This document shows, piece after piece, positions 8,727 to 19,434 of a stretch of 64,000 bases of DNA. Within the stretch, counting starts at the first letter, position 1, and every line of letters begins with the position of its first letter. This DNA is from an uncultured Candidatus Saccharibacteria bacterium (GTDB taxonomy: Bacteria; Patescibacteriota; Saccharimonadia; Saccharimonadales; JAGQNJ01): assembly GCA_964603625.1 (NCBI GenBank), contig CAZRVM010000001.1, forward strand, positions 1,949 through 65,948, read 5' to 3'. Below the pieces are notes generated by a model that had not been told where the DNA came from, did not search any database, and saw only the letters and a program-made list of their open reading frames with translations. Made by a program: the position numbers and the translations under genes.

Positions 8727-9167
8727 TTATTTTGCTTCCTTTACTTTAATTTGCTGAGGGTTTTGAGCAGAATGATTATGATCTGAATCTTTATAAATTT
8801 TAAGACGCGCCAGCCTTCCGTCTCTAAGTTTATTAACTGGCAGCATACCTCTAACCGCTTTAAAAATTACATCTGTAGAATCTGAATTCATTTTAGATTT
8901 AAGATTAGTTTGTTTAATGCCTCCAGGGTACCCAGTATGGCGATAGTATATTTTTGTTTCCATTTTGTTACCGGTAACCTGTAGTTGATCACTGTTTGTA
9001 ACTACAACATAATCCCCACAATCAATATGATGCGTAAATTGAGTTTTGTTTTTACCCATTAGTATTTCTGCAATTTGGGTTGCTAATCTTCCCAGGTTTG
9101 CCTGGCTTGCATCTATAACATACCATTGCTTTGTTACATCCGTTGGTTTTGCGCTATATGTTTTCAT
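8727..9167 (-). CDS. rplM: 50S ribosomal protein L13
   Basis: WYVIDA..LGRLA, DCGDYVVV, YYRHTGYPGG, AVRGMLP. Confidence 0.97.
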   Translation of the reverse strand: MKTYSAKPTDVTKQWYVIDASQANLGRLATQIAEILMGKNKTQFTHHIDCGDYVVVTNSDQLQVTGNKMETKIYYRHTGYPGGIKQTNLKSKMNSDSTDVIFKAVRGMLPVNKLRDGRLARLKIYKDSDHNHSAQNPQQIKVKEAK

Positions 9168-9168
9168 C

Positions 9169-9621
9169 TTACTTGCTTACTTTCTTTGCTTTAATTTTTT
9201 CGGTTTGGCTAGTAGACGCCGATGAACTTTCTTTGCCTTCTAAAGCAGAATCGTCTACTGAAATTTTGTCTACAAAACTAATTCGAGCTAGTTCGGCATT
9301 ATCACCACGCCTATTCCTAGTTGCTTCTATTCGTAAATAACCGCTTGACCTGCCCGTTAACTTCGGAGCAATTTCATCGAATAATTTATTTGCCGAACTT
9401 ATGGTTTGTAAACTGGTAATTACTTGGCGCCGATTGTGCAAATCACCCTTTTTTGCTTTAGTAATTAACTTTTCAACATAAGGTAAAACATCTTTTGCTT
9501 TAGGCAGAGTAGTTTCAATAGACTCATGAATAATTAAAGATTCCGCTAAACTGACAATCATAGCATTTCTTTGATCTTTCTGACGACCAAATTTTCGACC
9601 TTTATAACCGTGGCGATGCAT
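9169..9621 (-). CDS. rplQ: 50S ribosomal protein L17
   Basis: MHRH..GRKFGR, IETTLPKAK, RRGDNAE; C-terminal extension. Confidence 0.96.
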   Translation of the reverse strand: MHRHGYKGRKFGRQKDQRNAMIVSLAESLIIHESIETTLPKAKDVLPYVEKLITKAKKGDLHNRRQVITSLQTISSANKLFDEIAPKLTGRSSGYLRIEATRNRRGDNAELARISFVDKISVDDSALEGKESSSASTSQTEKIKAKKVSK

Positions 9622-10551
9622 TTATAACTCCAGCTCCGCTAATTTATCTTTTACTTCATCTAACGCTTTAGTACCAAAGCCTTTTAATTCTCTTAGTTCC
9701 GTATCTGTTAAATCAAACAAATCTTTCAATGTGTGAATTTCGTTATTGACTAATGCGTTAGTTGTTCTAGCTGAGAAATTAAGATCCTCAATAGACATTA
9801 AAAGTTCAGCGTTGTCATCATTAGTCTCTTCTTGGCTTTCTGTTACGCTTGGAGTCGGCGCTACCCTCGTTTGACCAGCTAAAGCGTTATATTGATTCAT
9901 AAGTATTGCAGCAGCTTCCTCAAAAGCATCTTTAGGAGTTATACTTCCGTCTGTATTGATTACAATAATTAGCTTGTCTAAATCTGTCATTTGGCCAACA
10001 CGAGTATTCTCTACCTTATATCTTACCCTTTGAACAGGGCTAAATATTGCATCGACTGCAATCATATCGTTTGATTTACTATGTTGAGTAACATCAACAG
10101 GGCGATACCCTCTACCTACTTCAACTATAAACTCAATGTTCAATGAATCTTTATCATTATCTATTGTTGCAATATAATGATCTTTGTTAACAACTTCAAC
10201 ATCGGCATTAGAAGTAATATCTGCTGCTGTAACCTTGCCTTTGCCCTTTTTGTTTATTTGCAATGTTTGAGGCTCTTGTGAAAATACTTTAAATCTAATA
10301 CCTTTTAAAGCTAGCATTATATCAACGACATCTTCTTTTATGCCTGGAACAGTAGTGAATTCGTGAGTTGCTCCTTCTATTCTGAAAGAAGTAATTGCAG
10401 AACCAGCTATGCTAGATAGCAAAACACGCCTCAAACTATTACCTAAAGTCATCCCATAACCAGTGTGAAGTGGTTCTATTGCAAAAGTTGCGCTATTGTT
10501 TGAATGTTCTTCAACTGTTACGACTCCTGGTGTATATATATTTTTTGACAT
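9622..10551 (-). CDS. rpoA: RNA polymerase alpha subunit
   Basis: EPLHTGYGMTLGNSLRRVLLSS, DAIFSPV, CTD FSARTTNAL; start set at MSKN after SD GGAGG. Confidence 0.97.
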   Translation of the reverse strand: MSKNIYTPGVVTVEEHSNNSATFAIEPLHTGYGMTLGNSLRRVLLSSIAGSAITSFRIEGATHEFTTVPGIKEDVVDIMLALKGIRFKVFSQEPQTLQINKKGKGKVTAADITSNADVEVVNKDHYIATIDNDKDSLNIEFIVEVGRGYRPVDVTQHSKSNDMIAVDAIFSPVQRVRYKVENTRVGQMTDLDKLIIVINTDGSITPKDAFEEAAAILMNQYNALAGQTRVAPTPSVTESQEETNDDNAELLMSIEDLNFSARTTNALVNNEIHTLKDLFDLTDTELRELKGFGTKALDEVKDKLAELEL

Positions 10552-10561
10552 TATTTCCTCC

Positions 10562-11179
10562 TTAGCGTGAGTAATACTCAACTATTAATTGCTCGTTTAT
10601 ATCTGGTTCAACATTTTCTCTTAATGGAAGCCCTACAACTGAAATTTCAAATTTCTTACGATCAACCTTTAGCCAAGTTGCTTCATTTTCTTGACCCGAA
10701 GGGCTAACATCATCAATTTGTTTAAAATACTCTTTACTCTTACTGCGTTCCCTTAATTTTATCTTATCGCCTAGTTTTACTCTAATTGAAGGAATATCGA
10801 CTCTTCTGTCATTTAGTTCAAAATGCCCATGACTAACAAGTTGCCGTGCCGCCTGTCGACTAACAGCTAAGCCACTTCTATAAATTACATTATCAAGTCT
10901 TTGCTCTAAAAATAATAGTAGCTGTTCGCCAGATCGGCTTTTTGATCGAACTGCCTCATCCATTAATTTTCTAAATTGTCTCTCTAGTAATCCGTATAAG
11001 CGTTTTACCTTTTGCTTTTCTCGTAATTGAATAGCGTACTGACTAGGCTTGTTCCGGCTATTTTTGCCACCAGGACTTGCTGGAACGGCTCGTTTCACTA
11101 ATGCTTTATGTGCTTTAGGATGCAAAGCATAGCCTTCTCGACGACTCATTTTTACAACTGGTTGTAGTTCTCTTGCCAT
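10562..11179 (-). CDS. rpsD: 30S ribosomal protein S4 (Zn-free type)
   Basis: QLREKQKVKRLYG, LEQRLDN, ARQLVSHGH, EQLIVEYYSR; start set at MARE after SD AGGAG. Confidence 0.97.
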   Translation of the reverse strand: MARELQPVVKMSRREGYALHPKAHKALVKRAVPASPGGKNSRNKPSQYAIQLREKQKVKRLYGLLERQFRKLMDEAVRSKSRSGEQLLLFLEQRLDNVIYRSGLAVSRQAARQLVSHGHFELNDRRVDIPSIRVKLGDKIKLRERSKSKEYFKQIDDVSPSGQENEATWLKVDRKKFEISVVGLPLRENVEPDINEQLIVEYYSR

Positions 11180-11186
11180 ATTACTC

Positions 11187-11585
11187 CTAAACTCTCCTAG
11201 CTTTCTTCGGTCTAACTCCACCATGTGGAGCACTAGTTACGTCTGTTATTTTTTCAACTTTAATATCATTCGCGCTCAACACCTTAACAGCAGAATCACG
11301 CCCAAGACCTATGCCTTTAATAAAAAGATCTACTTTTACCATACCAAAAGTTTGCTTTGCAATTTGTGAAGCTTTTTCAGCTGCAACTTGAGCTGCATAA
11401 GCTGTACCTTTTTTTGAACCTCTAAAACCACAGCCTCCAGCACTTGCAGAAACCAACGCATCACCTTTGCTGTCTGTGAAAGTAATTATTGTATTATTAA
11501 AGGTAGCCAATACATGAAGTTGCCCATATGGGATACTTCGTTTAATTTTCTTCTTCTTTGGTGTAGTTGTAACAGTTTCAGTCAT
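11187..11585 (-). CDS. rpsK: 30S ribosomal protein S11
   Basis: ATFNNTI, GFRGSKKGTAYAA, PHGGVRP. Confidence 0.97.
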   Translation of the reverse strand: MTETVTTTPKKKKIKRSIPYGQLHVLATFNNTIITFTDSKGDALVSASAGGCGFRGSKKGTAYAAQVAAEKASQIAKQTFGMVKVDLFIKGIGLGRDSAVKVLSANDIKVEKITDVTSAPHGGVRPKKARRV

Positions 11586-11596
11586 CTATCATCTCC

Positions 11597-11983
11597 TTAA
11601 GTTTTAGCTGGTGCCTTTTTCTTAGTGCCACCTACAGTTGATTTTTTGCCTCGTCTGGTTCTTGCATTGGTTCGAGTTCTTTGACCACGAGACGGAAGAT
11701 TTGATTTATGTCTCTGTCCGCGATAAGAATTTATATCTTTAAGTCTTTTGATGTTCGAAGTAACAATTCTTTGAAGTTCACCCTCAACGGTATAATTATT
11801 ATTAATAACCTCCTGAATTTTTGATATTTCACTATCAGTTAAATTTTTAACTCGAGTTGTTGGATCAATCTTAACAGATTTTAAGATGTCTTGCGAAGTC
11901 TTTAAACCAATCCCATATACATAAGTCAAGCCATATTCTATTAATTTATCATTTGGTAAAGTTACACCAGAAATTCTCGCCAT
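11597..11983 (-). CDS. rpsM: 30S ribosomal protein S13
   Basis: [32 protein letters not shown]. Confidence 0.97.
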   Translation of the reverse strand: MARISGVTLPNDKLIEYGLTYVYGIGLKTSQDILKSVKIDPTTRVKNLTDSEISKIQEVINNNYTVEGELQRIVTSNIKRLKDINSYRGQRHKSNLPSRGQRTRTNARTRRGKKSTVGGTKKKAPAKT

Positions 11984-12100
11984 TTAACCCTGCCTCTGCT
12001 TATGCTTAGGTTTATTCTTATTAATAACATATAACTTGCCCTTACGTCTGACAATTTTGTCGTCTGGGCTTATCTTTTTTACACTTGCACGCACTTTCAT
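11984..12100 (-). CDS. rpmJ: 50S ribosomal protein L36 (Zn-free type, 38 aa; not in ORF track)
   Basis: Translates to [38 protein letters not shown]; SD AAGGAG; canonical position. Confidence 0.95.
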   Translation of the reverse strand: MKVRASVKKISPDDKIVRRKGKLYVINKNKPKHKQRQG

Positions 12101-12178
12101 CCTAAGTTATTTCTCCTTTACTGGACGATTTATTCTGCGGATTGTAGTTTCTTGCTACAACACACTGCTAATTGATAA

Positions 12179-12400
12179 TTAATTCTTGCGATAGGTGATT
12201 CTGCCCTTAGTAAGATCGTAAGGGGTCAACTCGACCGTAACGCTATCACCTGGAACAATCCGAATATAATGTTTTCGCATTTTTCCGGCAACATGAGCTA
12301 TAATTTGATGACCATTTTCAAGCTCTACTTTAAACTGAGTCCCGGGTAGGGTTTCTACAATCGTTCCGTTCAGCTCAATTACTTCCTTACTGTTGGCCAT
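12179..12400 (-). CDS. infA: Translation initiation factor IF-1
   Basis: [40 protein letters not shown]. Confidence 0.97.
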   Translation of the reverse strand: MANSKEVIELNGTIVETLPGTQFKVELENGHQIIAHVAGKMRKHYIRIVPGDSVTVELTPYDLTKGRITYRKN

Positions 12401-12451
12401 AAATATATAACAAGTTATAATTGTATCAGAGCCACAATACTTTGTAAACAG

Positions 12452-13966
12452 TTATTTATCATTTTTTGGCTTTTTGTTAAATTTTGGAAGTTTTTTATTA
12501 AATATTAATTTTCTACCACCGCTTGCCGCCTCAGCAGGAGTAGTTGCTTGATACAAAAAGTCTGGTTGCTCATATTTATCATAAGTAAGCATTAAGGCTT
12601 GAGATTCTAACATTCTTAAGGTTTCTAATGCTACTGCAACCAAAATCAATATACTAGTTCCACCAATTGTAATATTGGTTTTCAAAAAGGCCTGGCCAAT
12701 TATAGGTAACACTGCGAGCAGTCCCAAAGCTGTGGCTCCGAACAAAGTCAACCTATTAACTACTTTATTTAGATACTTCTCGGTTTGCTTACCCGACCTA
12801 ATGCCCTCTAAGAAACCACCCTGCTGTTGAAGATTTTCAGCAATTTCTGATGAATTAAAGGCAATGCTAGTATAAAAGAAAGTAAATATAAACACTAGTA
12901 AGAAGTAGACAATTGGGTATATATATGGCTCAATTCCGCCAGCGCTAAAAGATTGAGATGTAGGAGTTTGAAACCAGGTAACAAGCTTGGTGCCAATTTC
13001 TTGAAGCCTATCACTATTAGACCCAACAAAAATTTGCCCCAAGAAACTTGGAACACTTAAAAATGCAACAGCAAAAATAATTGGAATTACGCCTGCAGTT
13101 ATTAACTTAACCGGGAGAACAGTAGTGACTCCACCATATAATCTATTTCCCTGTACTCTTTTAGCATAATTTACGGTTAAGTTTCTAGAGGCTTCGTTAA
13201 GTTTTACAACTAATATTGTGGTTACAATAACTATCACAATAATCAACAAAGATAACCAAAAAGCATTTTCATCGATAGGTAGTTGTTTATTTAAGATAGT
13301 CCACTTTTTGTCTGGGCTCACAACGCTACTAATTAAACTTCCAGCCATTTGTGGTAATTGACTAACAATTCCAACAGTAATTATTAAAGATATTCCATTT
13401 CCAATATTTTGCTCAGTTATTAACTCGCCTAACCACATCAATAACATAGATCCACCGGTAAGTGCTGATACCATTAACACCCACTGAGCGATTGATGCAT
13501 TTGCGGTTATATCTCCCAACCCCCCGATACTAGTAGCCGTCTGCCTAACTAGATATATCGAGCCAATAGATTGAATAATGGCAAGCGGAAAAGATAATAT
13601 TCGTGTATACTGGTTAATTTTCTTACGGCCGTATTCACCCTCTTTATTTAAAGCCTCCAGTTTTGGAATGGCGCGTGTTAACAATTGCAGAATAATTGAA
13701 GCATTAATGTATGGGCCTAGACCTACTAACATTATCGAAAAATTAGCTAAAGCTCCACCAGATAAAACATCGATAAAACTCAAGAGCTGAGAAGTCTTTG
13801 ATGATGTAAATAAAGTATCTAAAATTTGCTTTAATGTTTCGCCACTAGCGATTGGTATTGGTAAATGAGCCAACAATCTAAAGATAATAATCATACCAAA
13901 AACTGCAAAAACTTTTTTGCGCATATCGGCGTTTTTAAGTGATTTTAATATGATTTTCCAGTTCAT
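12452..13966 (-). CDS. secY: Preprotein translocase SecY
   Basis: GLGPYINASIILQLL, WLGELITE.NIGNGISLII, AGVIPIIFA, GIRSGKQT, GGTSILILV. Confidence 0.97.
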   Translation of the reverse strand: MNWKIILKSLKNADMRKKVFAVFGMIIIFRLLAHLPIPIASGETLKQILDTLFTSSKTSQLLSFIDVLSGGALANFSIMLVGLGPYINASIILQLLTRAIPKLEALNKEGEYGRKKINQYTRILSFPLAIIQSIGSIYLVRQTATSIGGLGDITANASIAQWVLMVSALTGGSMLLMWLGELITEQNIGNGISLIITVGIVSQLPQMAGSLISSVVSPDKKWTILNKQLPIDENAFWLSLLIIVIVIVTTILVVKLNEASRNLTVNYAKRVQGNRLYGGVTTVLPVKLITAGVIPIIFAVAFLSVPSFLGQIFVGSNSDRLQEIGTKLVTWFQTPTSQSFSAGGIEPYIYPIVYFLLVFIFTFFYTSIAFNSSEIAENLQQQGGFLEGIRSGKQTEKYLNKVVNRLTLFGATALGLLAVLPIIGQAFLKTNITIGGTSILILVAVALETLRMLESQALMLTYDKYEQPDFLYQATTPAEAASGGRKLIFNKKLPKFNKKPKNDK

Positions 13967-14020
13967 TATTATACAACCCTCTCGTACTCTATCTAACTTA
14001 TAATATCAAAATTAAATTTA

Positions 14021-14488
14021 TTAGTCTGTTGTTTTTTCTTTAGCATTTCTTTGAAGCCTACTAATAAGTTTAACTTCGCCACCAGCTTTTTCAACAGCCT
14101 CTTTAGCGGTTTTACTAATTGCTTGAATTGTAATTTTATGTTTTTTAGTTACTTCGCCCTTGCTAATTAACTTTACTTTTATAAATGCACTAGATACCAA
14201 ACCAGCATCAGCTAAAACCTGATTATTGATTTCTCCTTTAAGAGAATCAAGTTGGCCGGTATAAATATTTTCTGTCTTAGGCCTTTTAGATTTAAAGCCT
14301 GGCAATTTTGGAAGTCTTTGAGCAAGTGGGTTCTGACCACCCTCAAAACCCGGCCTAACACCTCCACCAGTTCTAGAATTTTGACCCTTTGTTCCGCGCC
14401 CAGCTGTTTTACCTTTACCGGCTGATATACCACGTCCTACCCGAGTCGATTTTTTATGACTTTTAATGTTAAGTTTATGATATTGCAT
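14021..14488 (-). CDS. rplO: 50S ribosomal protein L15
   Basis: RVGRG..GKGKTAGRGTKGQ, FEGGQNPL. Confidence 0.97.
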   Translation of the reverse strand: MQYHKLNIKSHKKSTRVGRGISAGKGKTAGRGTKGQNSRTGGGVRPGFEGGQNPLAQRLPKLPGFKSKRPKTENIYTGQLDSLKGEINNQVLADAGLVSSAFIKVKLISKGEVTKKHKITIQAISKTAKEAVEKAGGEVKLISRLQRNAKEKTTD

Positions 14489-15036
14489 TATTTTGCCTCA
14501 ACTTTCTTAACTGGTTTAGACTTAACGGCTTTAGTTTTAACCGCAACCCATTCACTAGCAGGTTTGATGCTCATAAGAGTTTCAACGGTAGCGTAGGCAG
14601 AATTGATTTTATTAGATGATCCGAGCGATTTTGATAATGCATTTTTAATACCTGCAACCTCTAAAACGGTTCTCACTACGCCACCGGCAATCAAGCCAGT
14701 ACCAGCACTAGCTGGTTTTAAAAGAATATGAGAACCAGAAACTCGCCCTTCAGCTTCATGCGGAATTGTGTCTTTATATAATGCAATTTTAACAAGATTT
14801 TTTTTAGCTACTTCTGTTGCTTTGGTAACAGCCGTCGTAACATCTTGTCCTTTAGATACACCAACGCCAACACTACCTTTGTGATCTCCAACAACTACTA
14901 ATGCTCTGAATCTAAATCGTCGGCCACCTTTTACAACACGAGCTACTCTATCGATGTGTACCATTCTTTCATCGTATTGACTTTCTGGCTTATCAGTAAT
15001 TTTAGACTTACTTTTTAAATCTATTGGTTTGACCAT
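14488..15036 (-). CDS. rpsE: 30S ribosomal protein S5
   Basis: RVARVVKGGRRFRFRALVVVGD, PASAGTGLIAGG. Confidence 0.97.
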   Translation of the reverse strand: MVKPIDLKSKSKITDKPESQYDERMVHIDRVARVVKGGRRFRFRALVVVGDHKGSVGVGVSKGQDVTTAVTKATEVAKKNLVKIALYKDTIPHEAEGRVSGSHILLKPASAGTGLIAGGVVRTVLEVAGIKNALSKSLGSSNKINSAYATVETLMSIKPASEWVAVKTKAVKSKPVKKVEAK

Positions 15037-15393
15037 TTAAAACTCCAATCCGCCTTCTCGGGCTTTTTCTGCAAGTGCCTTAATTCTACCATGATACAAT
15101 CGGCCATTTCGGTCAAAAACGACTTGTTTAATTTTCTTAGCCTTGGCAACTTTAGCAATTTCTTCTCCAATCCACTCCGCCTTTGAGGTCATTGTCATTT
15201 TGTGCAGCTTGACTCCCACTGTAGTAGCCGAAACAATAGTTGCATGCTTTTGGTCGTTTATTATCTGTGCAAAAATATGTAAATTACTAATATGAACAGA
15301 TAACCTTGGCCGTTCACTAGTACCAACAACTGTTTTTCTGATACGATTTTTTCTCCGCAATTGATTATGTCTGGTTTTCTGTAGCTGATTCAT
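15037..15393 (-). CDS. rplR: 50S ribosomal protein L18
   Basis: RPRLSV, VVFDRNG..YHGRIKALAE.AREGGLEF. Confidence 0.97.
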   Translation of the reverse strand: MNQLQKTRHNQLRRKNRIRKTVVGTSERPRLSVHISNLHIFAQIINDQKHATIVSATTVGVKLHKMTMTSKAEWIGEEIAKVAKAKKIKQVVFDRNGRLYHGRIKALAEKAREGGLEF

Positions 15394-15932
15394 TATTTAT
15401 CCTTTCCTGATTTTCCGCTCTTACGAATAATCTGTTCGCCAACATATCTTATGCCTTTGCCTTTATATGGTTCTGGCTTTCTTAAAGCTCTTATTTCTGC
15501 TGAAACCTGCCCCACGCTCTGTTTTGAAATTCCTGATATAGTTATTATGTTCTGTTCAACTTTAGCTTCAATTCCTTGTGGCAAATTATACACAACTTCA
15601 TGAGAGTATCCTAAGTTCATTTTTAATTGATTGCCGGCTAGTGCAACTCTAAAACCTACACCTTGAATTTCTAGTTGCTTTGAAAAACCATCAGTTACAC
15701 CAATTACCATATTATTAATAAGCGACCTCATAAGGCCATGCTTAGCCCGATTTTCTGCCGAATCATCAACTCTCTTAACTAGTAACTCTTGATCATTTTG
15801 AGATATCTTTATTCCAGATAAATTTAATTGCTTAAGTTCACCTTTGTTGCCCTTAACAACAATGTAATCTTCGTCAATAGTGATTGTCACACCAGCTGGA
15901 ATTGTAATTGGCAGTTTTCCTATACGACTCAT
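15393..15932 (-). CDS. rplF: 50S ribosomal protein L6
   Basis: MSRIGKLPI, LGYSH, RKPEPYKGKGIRY. Confidence 0.97.
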   Translation of the reverse strand: MSRIGKLPITIPAGVTITIDEDYIVVKGNKGELKQLNLSGIKISQNDQELLVKRVDDSAENRAKHGLMRSLINNMVIGVTDGFSKQLEIQGVGFRVALAGNQLKMNLGYSHEVVYNLPQGIEAKVEQNIITISGISKQSVGQVSAEIRALRKPEPYKGKGIRYVGEQIIRKSGKSGKDK

Positions 15933-15945
15933 TTCATTTCCTTTC

Positions 15946-16341
15946 TTAATAAACCTTGCAAATTAGCTCGCCACCAAGTTTTTGCTGTTTTGCGTCTTGA
16001 CCTTTCATTAAACCTTTTGAAGTTGATATAATTACCAATCCTCGTCCTTGTTTAATTGTTGGAATATCTCTTACATTAACATATTGCCTTCGACCAGGCT
16101 TGCTAACTCTTTCGATACAAGAGATGTTTGCATTTGTTTGATCGGTATTCAAAATTAATGTTAAACTTTTGTCTATTCCATCGCCAACAGTCGAATATCC
16201 AATTAAATAATGGTTTTCTTTTAAAATTTGCACAATCGATTCTTTAATTTTAGAATACGGAACAGCTACTTCGTTTTTGCCAACTAAAATAGCATTCCTT
16301 ATTCTAGTTAACATATCTGCAATTGGGTCTGTACTTACCAT
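15946..16341 (-). CDS. rpsH: 30S ribosomal protein S8
   Basis: DPIADMLTRIRNA, SKPGRRQY, STSKG, GGELIC; ATG after SD AAGGAG. Confidence 0.97.
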   Translation of the reverse strand: MVSTDPIADMLTRIRNAILVGKNEVAVPYSKIKESIVQILKENHYLIGYSTVGDGIDKSLTLILNTDQTNANISCIERVSKPGRRQYVNVRDIPTIKQGRGLVIISTSKGLMKGQDAKQQKLGGELICKVY

Positions 16342-16350
16342 ATTCACTCC

Positions 16351-16620
16351 TTACCAACTAGCCTTTGTAACGCCTGGGATTTCACCCTTACTGGCATGTT
16401 CACGAAAAGTAATTCTACTTAACCCAAACGTTCTCATATAGCCCCTGGGACGACCAGTCTGACCACAACGATTTTTCCATCTTGTTGGCGATGAATTTCT
16501 GGGCATAAGATGTAATGCATCGAAATCTCCATCAACTTTTAGTTGATGACGCTTGTCTGAATACTTCTTAATCATTTGCTGTCGTTTTTTGTCTCTTGCA
16601 ATTATAGATTTTTTAGCCAT
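16351..16620 (-). CDS. rpsN: 30S ribosomal protein S14 (89-aa, Zn-free type)
   Basis: [35 protein letters not shown]. Confidence 0.96.
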   Translation of the reverse strand: MAKKSIIARDKKRQQMIKKYSDKRHQLKVDGDFDALHLMPRNSSPTRWKNRCGQTGRPRGYMRTFGLSRITFREHASKGEIPGVTKASW

Positions 16621-17207
16621 TACTTATTCTCCTCTTTAGTCTTTTCAAACGGCATTCCAAATTTAATTAATAATGCTTTGGAATGACTTATATCTAATGC
16701 TTTAATTCTGAAATTTATTTGTAGCCCATGTAAAATAGATGAATCTTCAAATGTAATTTCTGGAAAAATAGTCTGCTCATTTAGACCAATACTATAATTC
16801 CCTTGTTTATCGAAAGCTTTGTTGCTCAAACCATGAAAATCACGCAATCTTGGTAAAACGATATTAACCAAACGATCTAAAAACTCGTACATTTGGTCAT
16901 TCCGAAGCGTAACCTTTAGCCCAATTTTATTTCCTTCGCGAAGTTTAAAACTTGCGATTGATTTTTTAGCAGTAGTTAAAATAGGTTGCTGACCAGTAAT
17001 TTTTACCAAAGTATTTGTAGCAATTTCAATAAGCCGCTTATCGTCCTTACCTCTTCCCAGACCAATGTTTACTACTATTTTTTCGAGCTTTGGAACTTGG
17101 TTAATGTTTGCAAGCTCTAATTCTGATTTCAATTCACTAGCAAACTTATTGTAGTAATCTGCTTTAAGCCTTGCGGTATATATCTTTAATTCAGTCTTGG
17201 TAGCCAT
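16620..17207 (-). CDS. rplE: 50S ribosomal protein L5
   Basis: [32 protein letters not shown]. Confidence 0.97.
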   Translation of the reverse strand: MATKTELKIYTARLKADYYNKFASELKSELELANINQVPKLEKIVVNIGLGRGKDDKRLIEIATNTLVKITGQQPILTTAKKSIASFKLREGNKIGLKVTLRNDQMYEFLDRLVNIVLPRLRDFHGLSNKAFDKQGNYSIGLNEQTIFPEITFEDSSILHGLQINFRIKALDISHSKALLIKFGMPFEKTKEENK

Positions 17208-17537
17208 TTATTTAATCTCCTTGCCAGTTTTTTTGTAAATTCGTACAAATTTTCCACCTGTAACTGGTTTACTAGCAATTTTGGTAGGTTTTTTACTAAT
17301 TGGCTCAACAATCGCTACTTTTGAAACATAAATTGGCATGGTCTTATCAATTACACCACCTTGAGGGTGTTTCTTATTTGGTTTTAAATGTTTCTTAACA
17401 ACATTAACTCCCTCTACAGTTACTTTATTGGTTTGAAAATGCCTGGCTATAACTTTCCCAGTTACTCCTTTGTCCTTGCCGCTAATTACAACAACTGTAT
17501 CACCTTTTTTTAACTTAATTTTATAATTTTTAATCAC
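17208..17537 (-). CDS. rplX: 50S ribosomal protein L24
   Basis: KOW motif KKGDTVVVISGKDKG, VEGVN. Confidence 0.96.
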   Translation of the reverse strand: MIKNYKIKLKKGDTVVVISGKDKGVTGKVIARHFQTNKVTVEGVNVVKKHLKPNKKHPQGGVIDKTMPIYVSKVAIVEPISKKPTKIASKPVTGGKFVRIYKKTGKEIK

Positions 17538-17905
17538 TAAAGTACCTCCGGGGCAAGACTGATAATCTTGGCGTAACCCATTTCTCTTAATTCTCTTGGG
17601 ACCGGTCCAAATATTCTGGTTGCTTTTGGCAACTTATCTTCTCCAATAATTACTGCTGCATTATCATCAAACTTAATTGTTGAACCATCTTTCCGATTAA
17701 TTGAATACCTAGTTCTTACTATCACAGCTTTAACTACTGATTTCTTTTTCACATTTCCAGTTGGACTAGCATCTTTAACAGTTGCAACGATAACATCGCC
17801 GACTCTTGCATACCTACGCCTAGTACCACCCAAAACTCTAATACATAGAATTTCGCGTGCTCCACTATTATCGCAAACTTTTAACCTAGATTCTTGCTGA
17901 ATCAT
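17537..17905 (-). CDS. rplN: 50S ribosomal protein L14
   Basis: DNSGA, FDDNAAV, TRIFGPV, SLAPEVL. Confidence 0.97.
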   Translation of the reverse strand: MIQQESRLKVCDNSGAREILCIRVLGGTRRRYARVGDVIVATVKDASPTGNVKKKSVVKAVIVRTRYSINRKDGSTIKFDDNAAVIIGEDKLPKATRIFGPVPRELREMGYAKIISLAPEVL

Positions 17906-18189
17906 TTTTGAGTCTCCGTTTCTTGCGAACTAGATATTTTTTCATTAATAACAGGCCTTTCTACTATTTCTAAAAGCCTAAAGTGCTTATTGGCACTTAT
18001 TGGTTTGGTTTCAATAATAGTAACTTTATCGCCTACTTTTGCTTGATTGGTTTCATCGTGTGCCATTATCTTTTTAGACGAAATGTACCTCTTTTTATAA
18101 AGAGGATGACTTTTATGCGTAACAACAGTCACTACAATTGTCTTATTGGGGCGGTCAGATGAAACTGTACCTTGTAATACCTTTGCCAT
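17902..18189 (-). CDS. rpsQ: 30S ribosomal protein S17
   Basis: G.VSSD..KTIVV, HPLYKK, AHDE, ETKPIS..K.F. Confidence 0.96.
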   Translation of the reverse strand: MAKVLQGTVSSDRPNKTIVVTVVTHKSHPLYKKRYISSKKIMAHDETNQAKVGDKVTIIETKPISANKHFRLLEIVERPVINEKISSSQETETQK

Positions 18190-18389
18190 TATTTGGTCTC
18201 CTTTTCAAGTTGCTCACCAAGTACTGTTAAAATTCTTGCTAAATCTCTTCTTTTGTTACGAATAATTCTTGAATTTGTAGTTTCACCGACGATAATTTGC
18301 CTTCTCAGCTCTGCAATTTCTTCTCTAATTTTGGTGCTTTGCGTTGCAAGTTCAGCAGTAGATAATTTACGGATCTCTAAAATATTCAT
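18189..18389 (-). CDS. rpmC: 50S ribosomal protein L29
   Basis: [11 protein letters not shown]; position between rplP and rpsQ. Confidence 0.92.
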   Translation of the reverse strand: MNILEIRKLSTAELATQSTKIREEIAELRRQIIVGETTNSRIIRNKRRDLARILTVLGEQLEKETK

Positions 18390-18803
18390 CTAGTTATCCT
18401 CCCGAACTAAAAACTTAGTTTTAATAGGTAGTTTGTGCGAAGCCAATCTCATTGCTTCTCGCGCAATTTCTTCACTAACGCCCTGCATTTCAAACATAAT
18501 AGTTCCTGGTCTAACTTTAGCTACAAAAAAATCTGGGCTACCCTTACCTTGTCCCATTTTGGTACCGACAGCTTTACGAGTTACGGGTGTATGGGGAAAT
18601 ATCCGAATCCAAATTTTTCCACCTCTTTTAATATAACGAGTCATTGCTTGACGAGCTGCTTCTATCTGCCTAGAAGTTATCCTATCCATGCCTTGAGACT
18701 GCAAGGCAAACTGGCCAAAAGCAATAGTATTAGCACTGGTTGCAACGCCTTTCATCCTGCCAACTCTCACTCTACGGTATTTAGTTCTTTTAGGAATTAA
18801 CAT
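18390..18803 (-). CDS. rplP: 50S ribosomal protein L16
   Basis: [36 protein letters not shown]. Confidence 0.97.
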   Translation of the reverse strand: MLIPKRTKYRRVRVGRMKGVATSANTIAFGQFALQSQGMDRITSRQIEAARQAMTRYIKRGGKIWIRIFPHTPVTRKAVGTKMGQGKGSPDFFVAKVRPGTIMFEMQGVSEEIAREAMRLASHKLPIKTKFLVREDN

Positions 18804-18804
18804 T

Positions 18805-19434
18805 TTAATTCACCTCGCCTTTATATATCCATACCTTTACACCAATAATCCCGGCAGGGGTATGAGCTGGCACAAAAGCATAATCGATATTTGCTCTAAG
18901 TGTGTGCAGTGGAACGCTACCAATAATTTCTTTTTCTCGTCTTGCCATTTCAGCTCCATTTAGCCTTCCCGAAACTTCAATTCTAATTCCTTTGGCGCCA
19001 CTACGAATAGTTGCCGCTGAAGCAGATTTAATAGCTCTTCTGAATGAAATTCTCCTTTGTAATTGAAATGCAATATTTTCGGCTACTAATTTTGCATATA
19101 GTTCTGGTTTCTTCACTTCTTCGATATTTACTCGAACTGGGGTTTTATAAATTAGTTCAATCGCATTCTTTAGTTCTGCAACCCCAGAACCACCTCGGCC
19201 AATCACGACACCAGCTTTTGCGGTTGATAATGTAACGGTAACTAAGTTTGGCGATCTTTCAATATCGACTTTATTAATTGATGCACGGCTACCTAACTTA
19301 CTGTTAATCAATTTTCTTACTTCAAGATCTTGAGTTAGATATTTAGCATATTCTTTTCTACTTACAAACCATTTACTGCGCCAATCTTTATTTACCTGCA
19401 AACGCATTGAGATTGGATTTACTTTTTGTCCCAT
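18805..19434 (-). CDS. rpsC: 30S ribosomal protein S3
   Basis: [35 protein letters not shown]. Confidence 0.97.
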   Translation of the reverse strand: MGQKVNPISMRLQVNKDWRSKWFVSRKEYAKYLTQDLEVRKLINSKLGSRASINKVDIERSPNLVTVTLSTAKAGVVIGRGGSGVAELKNAIELIYKTPVRVNIEEVKKPELYAKLVAENIAFQLQRRISFRRAIKSASAATIRSGAKGIRIEVSGRLNGAEMARREKEIIGSVPLHTLRANIDYAFVPAHTPAGIIGVKVWIYKGEVN

